Shown: positions 47,055-62,523 of the stretch, one piece after another
Layout of the letters: each line of letters begins with the position of its first letter
Numbering within the stretch: the stretch's first letter is position 1
Source of the DNA: Pelomyxa schiedti
Taxonomy: Eukaryota; Protista; Evosea
Assembly (NCBI GenBank): GCA_020536535.1
Contig: JAHLWZ010000813.1
Coordinates: 1-64,000, forward strand
Direction of reading: 5' to 3'
Length of the DNA stretch: 64,000 bases
Position numbers and translations under genes: made by a program
Notes under the pieces: model-generated
Told to the model about the DNA's origin: nothing
The model's database searches: none
The model's input: the letters and a program-made list of their open reading frames with translations, nothing else

Positions 47055-49472
47055 CTATTGTGAGCGGGAGCTGGAGTGCGATAGGGAGGAGGAACTGTTT
47101 GTGGAGGTGATGGTGGGATTAAAGGCCCATGTAATCCACCCGGGTATGAGGGCGGTGCAAGAGAGAGCAACCACACAAATGAGGCTCAGTGCCCCACCTG
47201 CGATTATCATCTCTATTGTGGAAAGTAGGTAAGTGGTCTCGAGATAAGGTGCGGAGAGAAACAAACCAATGATTCTGAGGCGTCGGCTGCCGAATGCTAT
47301 TATGTTTGGGCCACATGCAGTTGGGAGCATAAATGCAAAGGATGTTGTCTGGCCTCCCCATTAAATTGAATCTCAAGAAGGGGCAGATAGCATACCAATG
47401 TGGCAGGAACCATTACTATAAGTGGCTCAATGCCGATTTCGAGGGCAATACTTGCTAGTATTGGAAGAATGAGAGTGGCAGCCGTTAGATTAATAGTAAA
47501 TTCTGTCAAGATCTCTCAAAAGTGTTAATCACGAAAGAAAGTGTAATGTGCTCCACCTTTGTAACCAGTGTGGAGATCACAACAAGACCCCAGACTGGAA
47601 GTGTTCGTAAGCCAGATAGAACTTGCCCAACTAGCTGCCCCAGGCCACTCACAGATATTCCCTACATTTTTAAATGCAGATATTGAAAAATGTGGAATCA
47701 CCTGTGCAAGAGACAGTCCCCCACCCAAAACCATTAAAATGTCCCATGGGAGTTGATGAAAGGATGTCTCATCTAGCAGTTGTGTGTCGGACCAACATAA
47801 CACCTTACGCAGTGTGAACTTGAAGCCGACAGGATTCCTGGACATTGGCATAGAGCTATCGCCAATCAGGGGATAAATTTCATGTGTACTTGAAGTGGTT
47901 GTTGTTGTTGTGCACAAGGTGGCTCCTGTGGAATTTTGGCTCTCAAGTGGTATGCTGGATGAAGAGTCTTGTGTAGAACTTGCATCCACGCTTGGAGGCG
48001 GTACTGTTTGGCGATCACGCTCAGAAAACAAGTATGCAGAGCGAGCTGGAATAAGATAGAGAATCCCTCCACAAAAGATTGCTGAAGTACCATCATTTAA
48101 ATACAGTGGCTCAGGGAAGATCTGACTCCATCCAAATTTGATACCTGCAATGGGGTAGATTAAAATCTTCAGTGGTGAAGGTACCACTTCTGAATAAGAA
48201 CAGTAAAACCAATATGCAAAAATCTACAAGTACAACAATTTCTTCATAGCATATTTTGGGGAAATTGCTGTATCGCTCTTTAAAAATTGCTCTGGATAAA
48301 TCTCTAAGGCAGCTTGTCCCTAGTAGATTTTGCATTGGTCGGTTATAAAAAATAGGAAAAATAAAATGGCCAAACCACTCACCAACCTCTGATTCCACCA
48401 CGAAGAAACCAAAAATAGGCAACGAGAACAATCCAACATGCAAGATTAAGAGCAAAACAGAGGGGAAAACTAAACAAAAACCACTGAGTAAAAGTGATCT
48501 CTGTTGCCTCGGGGAAGAAAGATTGATAGATTCTCACAAAGACGAGATTGGTTGCTGTACCAACAAGAGTAGCACACCCTACACAAGTTAGTTCACTGAT
48601 ATCATTTTTCTTCCTAACCTCCAAGAGAAGAAGACCATGATGTGGATAACACTAGAGCCTTAGTCAAGGCTGTCACCTCAACTCTGCTCCTGTCAAATGT
48701 GAAAATCGAAATAGTGCCTGTACGAATAGGACCTGTTATCATGTTCAATGTTTCCAAGAATAGATTCTATTTGGCCAAGAAAGGCTAGCGAATTGGCCAG
48801 CATGAGGATAGTTGCCGTAACGTTTTGGATCCACATGCTCAGAAAGAAAGTTATTCCAGAAAAAACAAAAATGATCATTTCTGGCCTTGTCCCCACCTGT
48901 TTTTGTAGGCATATATTAAAATCCAAGTGCTGATTAAACGCAAAACAAACTTGTATTATGAAAAGCTTACCTTGGAGATAAAATACAAAGCCATTCTTTG
49001 TTGAATTCCCCAGCGATCCAGAGCCATGGCCACCATTGATCCACCAAGGCACAAAGTACTGACTGGGTCAAAGTACATTTTGGAAACTTCTGCACCAGAC
49101 ATAATTCCCAGAGTCGGGAATAGAACCAGCGGTAGCAGGGATGTGACACAAAGCGGCAGTGCCTCAGTTATCCACCACAGGCTCATCCACACCACAACTC
49201 CCAAGCACCTTCCCGCCAGCGGTTTGTCTTCACTTCATACGAGTGAGTAGTTATAGTGAGGCAATTGAGGAGTAAGTTTCTATATGCATTTTTGGGTGGG
49301 AATTAGTAACAACGCACGGTCACGCGCAAGTACGGGTTTTCAATCACAAAGTCAACAATTAAGTAATAAGTAATCGTACTACTCACTCGAGAGGCAAGAA
49401 AAAACAAACTAGAAGCGACAAGGGACCACCGACGAGACCTACGATCTTCTTTACAGAAGGTGTCTTGCCCAT
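47055..49472 (-). CDS. SLC13/DASS family anion:sodium symporter
   Basis: LWWITEALPLCVTSLLPLVLFP, SMWIQNVTATILM, ATLVGTATNL, LPWDILMVLGGGLSLA and CGPNIIAFG. Confidence 0.92.
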
Positions 49473-49630
49473 CAATATACCGCAACCACCACACCGCAAC
49501 AGCGCCGGATCTCGCAGCCGGGTAATGACGCCAAACGAACCTTGATTTGTGCAGGGAATAAAACGGCAGTTATCTTGTCAATCGATGTTTCCCAGAACTG
49601 AACGAAGCAAGCGAGATACAAAAAAAAAAA

Positions 49631-52600
49631 ATGAGTGGAGTCGAGGAGCAGGTGGTACCGGGTGCCACTCAATCAGATCTTACGACCACGACCACAACTA
49701 CCGAGAATGTGAGAGATAAAAGCGAGGCGGTGTTTGGTACTGCGTCTTCGCCGTCGTCGGCCGCGGCGTCGGGCCGGCTGGTCGTCGTGGGCACCCACGT
49801 GTCGGCCGAGTTCGTGCTCTCGCCGCTGCCCACGGCGGCCGCGGACTCGGCGGCGAGCGCGGCGGAGACCGGCGCCGCGGCCCCCGGCGCCGACCTGGAC
49901 GAGACCGAGTGCGACTTCGCGGTGGACGGCGTGTATCCCCCCCAAGGCGGGGACGACGCCACGACGGCGCCTCCGGCGAACGCCAAGAAAAGCGGCGGAA
50001 AAGCTGCAAAGAAGAAGCCGCAGCAACAGCAACAGCAGCAGCAGCAAGCTGACGGAGCTGCCACTACTACTACGACCGTAGACGGAGCTGCTCCTGTGGT
50101 GAGGAACACCTCTGCGCGGAGAAGGAAGAGAAGCGGCAAGAAAGCTGCTGCTGCTTCTGCTTCGACCGCGGGTGGTGATGTTGGCAGGCCGGAGGGGGAA
50201 TCTGCCACCAAACCGCAGGTTGGGCAAACCGGAACAAATGCCGAGCGGCCTGCGTCTAAAACAGGCACTGTAGTCGCGGAGTCTGCTCTTGTGAGGATCC
50301 AGTCTGCATTCAGGGGCCATTCGGAGCGCAGGAGCACACCTCTATCTACACCGCACCTTACACCTCACTCTTCTGTAGTAATTGAGCCTAACACACAGCT
50401 TCAAGCACTTAGTGAGTGCCCCATCTTGAAACTTTTATATGTAACTCATCTTCAGACAAAGCTTCATCCTCGCCGACCTCGCAGAAGCAAACAGAAGATC
50501 CCACAAACGACCCAGAGCACGATGGGGCACAGAAAAAAATGTTGTTCTTCCAAACCAATATACAAATCATTATAACTTGCAAACCCCCTTCCCTCACACT
50601 TACACGCATTACACCTCACTGGCTTATAAATCACAAAGCCCACTATCGCAGCTCACTGGAATAGAAAAGGATACTGCTGCAGCAACAAAGATACAAGCTG
50701 TTTATCGTGGGCATGCAGCACGTGTGGCTTACAAACAAGAAAAGGAGAAAATTGCACAAAATAAGGCTTGCAATCATAATTAGAATTTTATTTCATAACT
50801 GCTTTGTAGCCCTCAGGAGGAAACACTTCTGCCGCGTCCACTGCGCAAACAAACCAAGATAATACACCCCTTGGAACACCACAGAAACATGTTGCCTCAT
50901 TCTTTGTTCCTTTGCACAATACGGTACCAGAAACTGCAGCTGACACTTCTCACAACAATCGTAATCAATCTGTGCCCAAGCTTCACACCTCACAGAAAAA
51001 CAAAGAACCCACTATTCCACCTTCTTCTCAAGTCAAACAATCCCAGCAATCACAGAACATGCAATCCCATGAAAATACACCCAAAAGTACTCAAACATCA
51101 CAAAATGGATTATTACAGAAAGACCCCTTGCTACCGCAGCTGCCACCTCAACTCCAAAAGCAAAAAAATAGAAAACAAGTTGATTCCTCCCTAAGATCCA
51201 ATGCACTGCCAACAAATCTCCCTGCACCCAATTCCCCCCCTAAGAAGCAACACCAAATCCCCTCATCACATCTGTCTCCTCCAAAATCCACCTTCGGTTT
51301 ACCTAAGTCAAAAGACCTGGACCCCCCACCTGCCCAACTTGAGCAAAGATATGCTTTTCCAGCCAAACGGCGGTGCCCGACTGCCTCGACAAACATTCCA
51401 AAACCTTCTTACTTTCCCAGTGTACTTTCTTCACACCATTGTTATCTTTACTTATTTTATCTAGATTTCCTCAATGAATGTCTCTCCTAATTTGCCCAGG
51501 CAAGAACATAAATTTGTAGAGCAATCTGAGGTTAAATGACTATTGGTATCATGTGACCCTGAACATTTGATAGGAAAACGCAGACACCGCTTCACCACTG
51601 CTTTCGGAACAGAATACAGCTTCCAGTGATTATAACTGGAGCACAACAAGCTCTACACATGGAGTCTGGTCCAAGTATGTGCATCCATAAGTCTGTAGAA
51701 ATCATTGATGCACAGGAGTTTTGATATAGCCGAATCAGAACGGCAGAGACATATTCGAAATAAAATTGTTGAAAAAGATAAAATGATTAATCAACTCCGG
51801 TCACAAAATAGAATGCTTCTCCACGTGTGCCTCCCTTTGCACTTGGTCCTTCTAGACCCATGCCCCACAGGAACGGGAACACTTGGCACGAGAGAATTCA
51901 CAAATACCTGTCTCTAAAGTCATTTCCCGAATCTCTGAGGATATTAGAGATTTGCGGGTACGTTATATTAAGATTTTCTCTCAGTAACATTTTCCCAGGC
52001 ACAAGTGAATATGTGCCATCCAACTATGGGTACACAGCAAGCAAAAATAGATATGCTCAATGCCAAAATCACTAAACTGGAGCAGATTTTACATACCCCT
52101 ACAGTTCATGTAACGAAACCCTTTTTTTCTTTTCTTATTTTGTAGAAGGATAGTCTCATCTCTCAGCAACAATCCGAAATAGAACAATTGAAGCTGAAGT
52201 TCACACAATTTGAGAACCTTCTGAAAGACACCGCACTTTTGAGCAATCCCAATACCCCAACTAGCACACACTCAAGCCTACCCCCAATAGCACCAAATCC
52301 CAAGATTCCACGGGAGCATTTTTCGGTTCCAACCAACTAGCCAGACCTCATGTTTTAATGCTCTATACAGATGTTACTGAACCAAGCAGACTCCCTCACC
52401 CAAGCCTCCCCTCATGAACTTCCGGAGTACAAACAACAGTTGCGTACAACAATGATAGAATTAAGTCATATGCTGCAAGAGCTTTTACAACGGCAAATGG
52501 CCTTGCAGGTTGGCAGCCTCGATTTTCTCATCAAAATAACTTGCCCTAGGAGAAGGAGAAAGAATTCGAACTGGAAAGAGAACTCTCACTCCAAATGGGT

Positions 52601-52687
52601 CACAAACCAAACCCACCAGAGAGAAATAACAAACTTGTAAAACTGGCACCCCTCACACAACCCACACCCCCTACGGGCAAGCTATAA
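49631..52687 (+). CDS. IQ-motif, low-complexity and coiled-coil protein
   Basis: VRIQSAFRGHSERR and TKIQAVYRGHAARV are IQ motifs; C-terminal heptad-rich exons. Confidence 0.7.
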
Positions 52688-52739
52688 ACCAAACACTAAA
52701 CACAATACCCATTTTGTAAAAAAAAACTTTCTTTTTTTT

Positions 52740-55158
52740 TCAGGAACCTTTTTTGTTTGAGTTTTTCCAGTCAATCCACCACAGGGTGTCACTATAACTG
52801 TACCCACTATCACGACACCACTGCGCAATTTCATTCAGAGATACACCGAGCTTTTCTGACGTGAACTGTGCGTGAAGTGGGGATCCTGCAATAATTTCGA
52901 TAAAGTGTATCCTGGCAACATTACCAGTGATTTCCGGGAAGAGCCTCAACATAAGTTTCCACGTGGCTAAATCGACAGTAGCGCTCAGCGTGGCCTTCGG
53001 TTTTTTCGTTTCAACAATGACCTAGTGTGATTAGGTTAAAGTGAAGAGTCTCTTTGTTTTGTGTAGAAACAGGAATGCATACATCGGCAAGTGTTATATG
53101 GAATTTGTTGAATAACCACTTGGCAGACCCCCGCTTGTTTTTCCCCAATAATTCAACAAAGATTCTAGCCAAGTTTGGGGGCTTCCTGCTTGGCAAGGCA
53201 GATGGTTCATTTCCGTTTTGTGCGAGTGAAGAGACTAGCCACTTGGCAATTTTGCCGGATTCCAAAACAGCCGTATCGCTTATATGTTCCAATTCAGATT
53301 GTGAGAATTCACCAAGTGAAAAAACTTGCTGGACTTGAGAAAATGTTCCATACGAAATAACATCATCCAATAGTTTGACAAGAATATCGTGGTGGATAAC
53401 TGGAGACAAGGAGAACTTGTTCCAAACAAAAATAGCCGTGCACAATTTACACTTGGAGGTGCCTGTAAGGCTCATAATCTTGACAAGCTCACTTTCACTG
53501 CAGTCAATGTCACATGAACTTGAGTGAGTAAACAGCCACTGGAACCACTCCTCAAGGGGATAGCGGCAATCAAGACACAGCTTGAACAGAGACACTTTTG
53601 GCCTTGTATTTGTAGTGGAAATGTAGCGATCCTCCAACCACTTGGAAATCCTATCACTCTGGGCTACCAATGCTTTGTGGAGAGCACTAAGTAAGTCTGC
53701 GCTGCTCAGTGAAACATGTTTGAATAACCACTCAACAAAAGACACTCTGGAAAACTTGCTTGAACAAGCTGAAATGAAGTTATCGGGTATGGGGATGATC
53801 CCCTTTTCTTCAATGAACCATTTTCCCAAATCAATATCGCCAATTTGCCTACATGATAAATTCCAAACATCGCCCAGGGAATATTCATCTGTTACATTAG
53901 ATAGTGCCCACTTGATTACCTTGGGGTGTTGTGGCAGCTTATCCCATGAAGTGAACACAAACCCGTCGAAAGCAAATTTGTCCTGGAGCCATTGACACAC
54001 ATTGATTATGTCGTCAGCTGAGGAGAACCTGGCCAATCCAGCTGAAATGGCCAAATTCCACGAAGAAGAAAAGTCCCATTGGGGGAAGGTCAGAACGAGG
54101 GATTTCAGGTCATAAACACCATTCTTGGCTCGGAATGAAGTGCCAAGGCACATACTGGTAGCAAAATGATCCAAACCAAAGGTTTCGATCAACCACTTCA
54201 GGATGAGAAACTGGCCTTTGTGTGCCGAGACCAGTAGCAAATCCCCGGTCATCAATTTGTTTCCTTCATTGATTTGGAACAAGTTACTCATAATCCATTT
54301 GAAAACTTCCAAGTGTCCGTTTGAACATACTTCCTCCATAAGGTGAAACACACCCCTCCTGCTCCAGAATTCCTCCACTAAGATATTTTCCTCCCGGAAT
54401 ACAGAACCCATAGACCGCCACTCCAGTAGTGAGGGTACCTATGTACATCCCCCACATTTAGTTGATGAATGAAACCACTTCTTGAGGATGGTTTTTTCCA
54501 AAAAAAAAAAAAAAAAAGAGGCCAGTCGCACCACAGTGCCACCACTACCAGCTTCCAGAGCGCTGCTAGTGCCATAATCGAAGCTAACTGCGGTAGTTCC
54601 CCCCTTTGCTGGCCAGAATAGCCACCTCCTCGCCCTGGCCCTGTCCCCAGGCCCCTCGCCCCCCTCCTCCACCCAGCACTCGCAGTTGGTCCCGACGAAC
54701 CTCTGAGCGATTTCCAAGTGCCCGCCCATGCACAGCCCCGTCAGCACGGCAATCTGCTCCCGGGCCCGCTTCCTCCCCTCCCTCTCCCGCTCCCAGTCCC
54801 CGTCCCCCCCTCCGCCTTCGGCCCGGCGTGCTTTCTTGCCGGCTGCGACGAGCCACGCGACGCAGCGGGGGCTGGGGGCCGCCGCGGCGTCCTCGAGGGC
54901 GCGGTAGTGCGCGCTGGAGAGCCTGGCCCACTCCCACAGAGGGGGCGGGGCGACGGCGCGGCAGCACAGCGCGACGAGGGGGAACGCCGCCTCCGCCGCC
55001 CGCAGCAGGCACGACGTGGCCGCCGCGGGGAGCAGCCGCACAGGGCGGACGCTGACACGGGCGGGGACCAACACCCACGGCACCAACACTTGCTCCCACA
55101 GTAGGCGCGAAAGCCAAACCACCCGCGCAGACGCCCCAGGGTCGACAGCGATGTTCAT
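52740..55158 (-). CDS. Lineage-expanded ankyrin-like repeat family protein, copy 2; two introns
   Basis: ARVVWLSRLLWEQVLVPW...FPLVALCC...SPRCVAWL, GHLEIAQ and GHLEVFKWI; same motifs as 20149-22377. Confidence 0.8.
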
Positions 55159-55216
55159 GGAATTCCCGACCGCCTCGAGGGTTCTTGGAAACAATACAAT
55201 CCAAGTACAAAGGCTC

Positions 55217-58467
<3,251 letters not shown>

Positions 58468-58489
58468 AACGACCAAGTGCTTTTTTTAA

Positions 58490-61400
58490 TTACACTTTGG
58501 AACTATTTGTGGGTTTTACTGATTTGGGGGTGGTACTGCCACTACCCCACGAGTGCAAATTGTGGTGAAGGTTTTGTACAGGTTCTTCCAGCTCAGGGAA
58601 TACTTTATACATAGAATCATACAGCGGTCCGACAACAAACTCGTTGAAAGCGCTCTGTGATGGAATCATTAGTGTTTTGGTGACCATAGATAATTAAATG
58701 TCTATCCATTAAGGTGGGTGTATCAACACAACCTGCATTTTTGGTACATTACAATCATCTCTTTTCATGAAAGGGGAAACAGGAAGCCCAGCGCTTCGCT
58801 CTTTATCCCCTTGGGAGAGGAACTCTTCTACTACACAATGTGCCCACTTTTCACAGATTGTCCAGTTTCGTGCTGAATTGGCGAGGTCGGCACATTTGAT
58901 AAAAAGCTTGAGTGCCAGTAGCCTGGAAGTACTATCTGTGAATTTCAACGAATTTTCGGCTGTTGCGGTGCTAGACTTCCACATTCCAAGCAGTTCGACA
59001 TGACTAGGTAACGTGAACAATAAAACCTAAAAATAAATTTTACCGAGACATATCAGTAGCCAGAACTAGATTAATAACAAGAGTGCGGAATTCGCGAAAC
59101 CTAAGTTAGTTGTTACTTAGAGACCTGATTCAAATAAGGATACATTTCTTTGGAGAACGAGGCTGTAAAATTCATGTCGGGCTGTTCGAGAAGTTGGAAC
59201 GCTGTGGAGGCATGGAAATTCTCCAGGATAGAAATATCGTTATAGGTCATGCTGAGCTTAGATTTCGTGGCTGCTGGGAAGTTAAACTTGATTGGTACGG
59301 AACGGAGGAAAAAATACCAATAAGGAAGTTATTGTTAACACCTTGATAGTCGTCAGATGTAAGGAAACATGAAAATCAAATACCAGGATGCTGTATATCA
59401 TGAACAACGGCAGAAAATAATGCAGCAAAGTGTTCCATTGGAGTCAACTGCAAGACACTGCCACATTTGGTCAGAAACCAATTCATCGCTTGTAGCACGT
59501 CACAGGCGTGATTCTGGGGTACTGATTATTTTTAGGTTTTTCCCCTTTTTATTTTCCTATCCTAACCTTATTGTGATACGGGGTAGTGATATAAGACTGA
59601 TCCGCGGCATAGATGTAGTTATGTAAGTGTGTTGGTGATATTGCAAGGCTTTGAAGGACTCCGCTTTTGTTGAACAGATAAGATGAAGCCTGGGCCAGAA
59701 GGGGGCCTAAATCGGTACTTAATGGGATGTCAATTACGCGTGTTTACCTTCTATTCCCAGTGGGCAAAAATCCCAGCTTTCAATTTGTTGTATTAAAGCC
59801 TGGTTGGGTTCCCCCTGCTGCCTGAATCAAAGGGAAGGAAGAATTAAAGAAGCAATCAATTGGACTAAAAGATTACAAGGCTAGGCTTCCTTGGACGAGA
59901 GCAGGTGTAGATAAAATAGGTACTGAGGTCTTGGTTAGAACTTGATCATAAAGGTAATCCTTGATATCCGACTCGAGTTCTGTAAATTAATAAGTCGAAA
60001 ATAAGTTGAGTGAAGGAGACTCCCCACCTGTTACATTACTATAGTCTACACTATACATCTTGCGGGAGGTGATGATTCCTATTGCATATGCTAATGTATG
60101 GCTCTGCCGTGGGGATACATCTAATGATATTAGATCTATGTCCACTAGTTTGGGTGCTCACATTCTTTCAGTGACTCTAGGGCGCGCACAACACTTTCAG
60201 CAGGAGTACTGAGTAAGTCTCCTGGAGATACTCTTTGGCCGAGAACAGACTGCAAATGCACGTTCTGCTCTTGAAGTTCGTCATTCACTTTAGCCATTTT
60301 TTTCTGATGGAATTGAGTTTGGTAAGAGTAAGGAAACGCAATACAAGTCTCCTGATCAGAAATAGTGCGATAGATAATAAGATGACAATGATTAACAATG
60401 ACCCCAACGTTGGGGGCAGCCAATACACTAGATCGGACTTGGACTTGGTTGTACGGTATTCTACAATAAACCCATTCCCAGCAGTTGCATAGTCAGTGAT
60501 GAACACAAGCAGCACATGTTTTGAATAAATCGTCAGTGGCAGTGAACCGTAGCCATTGAGCAAACCAACAACAGCTCCATATGTCCCATTTTCGTCAGAT
60601 AAGCGTACACTGAGTACATCACTCTCTTCAATGTAGAGAGAAGGAAATGTGAGAGTGATTGCATCAAAGTCGCCCTTAGGGGATATCAACCACGAGCAGT
60701 AAACATTTGCCACATAGGTCATTGCCATCCCCTCTGGAGGGTAGTCACTCTGTATAGTGCCACTTGATTCTTCGACTACTACGTGCCCACTACAGCCTCG
60801 AGAACAGTCGTACCAAAATCTACCCAAGGCACAAACACATTCAGAGTTTACACAGTATCCGTGTCCTTGTGACAGTCCGCATTGATTTGCCCGAGTGGAC
60901 CCACAGGTAGCGTTTTCGGCCCCACAGGAAAGCCAATCTGAGTACTTTAGCACACAGTACACTAAACTTGATAGATACCTTTGACGTGCAATGCACTTTG
61001 AAGGAGGGTTAAATCTATGTTTGTTGTTTTTACTGCACGAAGAAAAACATAAGGAAGGGAAAATAAAGAAGGTAGATGCCTGTTGTGAGCACAATGTAAT
61101 AATCTCCTGGAGGGAAGAATGCCGGGAGAACATGTTGCCCCTTCACATCAATGTCACTATCAATTCTCTCGCCTACATCATGTAGTTTGGACCAAGAATA
61201 TAAGTACCTTCCTTTTGGTTAGAGAACGAGTTTGATTTGCGGCTGTTAACCTCCAGTCCAGTATCCTATCCCCGTGGAAGATAGTATACCACGCCCATAG
61301 TGCGGGAAGCATAAGATCATACAAATTTGCACTGTGCAATATTTAGAAGGGTAACGCAGTTTTTTGTAGAGAGATACGGAACAAAGAAAGTCATATTGAA

Positions 61401-62251
61401 CTGATCTTGAGGGCATATAGTCGTTTCCATTGAAAATTGTAACCCACAAGAAACTCCAGCCCAAGGTTCTTCACAGTCACACCAACCAAGGAGATCGTTG
61501 CACTCTCCATGGGCACTACAATAGCTTGTGCAACTTGGCTGGTAGCACTCCCAAGTAAAAATAAACTCCACACTGTGAACATTAACGCCACTGAGGCCAA
61601 TCCCCTCACCAGCCAAGCTACTTGAATTGTCCGTAGCGAATGTGAAGTAGAGATTTAAACCAACAGTAGCCCGTGCAGAACAAGCAACAGTGGCAGAAAA
61701 AGTGGTTGGAGTTTTGGGTACAGTGCCACTCAATGGAAGATCCACAGAAGCTGTGAAATCAGATACGCCCACGGTATTTGACTTGGAGGAAACAACCACA
61801 CGATCAGAAAGATACTATGCTATGGTGTCAACAAATACAGCAGAAGGAGGGGCCAAAGATTACCTGATATTCTGTGCTGGTGTTGCCTGTTGACGAATCC
61901 CACCACCGAAAATAGATAGTAGGGTATGGATAGTTGAAATGAGGAGCATAGAGAGTCACGTTTTCAGTCGAGAATTCTGGCTGGACTTGGCCACACACAA
62001 CCACATCCTGGAACACTCCATCTTCCTGTTGTGTTTAGTTTAACAACCCAACAAACTAAAGGACAAGATAGGAAACTAATAGAATGAGGAGCAAAAAAGG
62101 GAAAAAAAAAAGGTCGAGTGCACTCAACTACATTTCTAATTTGCAGAGTCGGACAGGAGGCAATCACTCCCCGGTTAGTCAAGCCATTATGGGACGCGGC
62201 CGCGTGCAGCACCCACACCGCTACGAGCACGCACACGCCGAGACCAACCAT
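58490..62251 (-). CDS. Single-pass membrane class I cyclic-nucleotide phosphodiesterase with signal peptide and EGF/CUB ectodomain
   Basis: MVGLGVCVLVAVWVLHAAA signal peptide; EGF CSAHGEC..CDCEEPWAGVSC; CUB CSWLI..ITLTF..GFIVEY; TM LGSLLIIVILLSIALFLI; PDE PYHNK|NHACDV, VHDIQHPG, LENFH, LATDMS, IKCADLAN, EEFLSQGDKE. Confidence 0.9.
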
Positions 62252-62523
62252 CAAAACTACGTGTGGCAACTTGTACGACCTCAGAAGGAACTGAGAAAAG
62301 AGCAGACAACGCAGAAGAAACTTATGCTAAATGGGAAAACTTCAAACATCCTTTCTCCAAAATAGGGAGTTCCTAGTGCTCTGGCTTGATGCAGATCATT
62401 CTGCGCGACGATCAATCCCCGAATGTCGTTTTGAACACTTCTTCCGCTTGCAGAATTTCGTGAACAAGCACTTTCTCTGCTTGTAATTTTAAGTTTGTGT
62501 GATGTAGCGGAATGTCTATCAGT

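Noticed and set aside
59590-59625. Apparent degenerate PDE motif HNYIYAAD suggesting a dead enzyme
   Set aside because: Wrong frame; splicing gives intact PYHNK|NHACDV.
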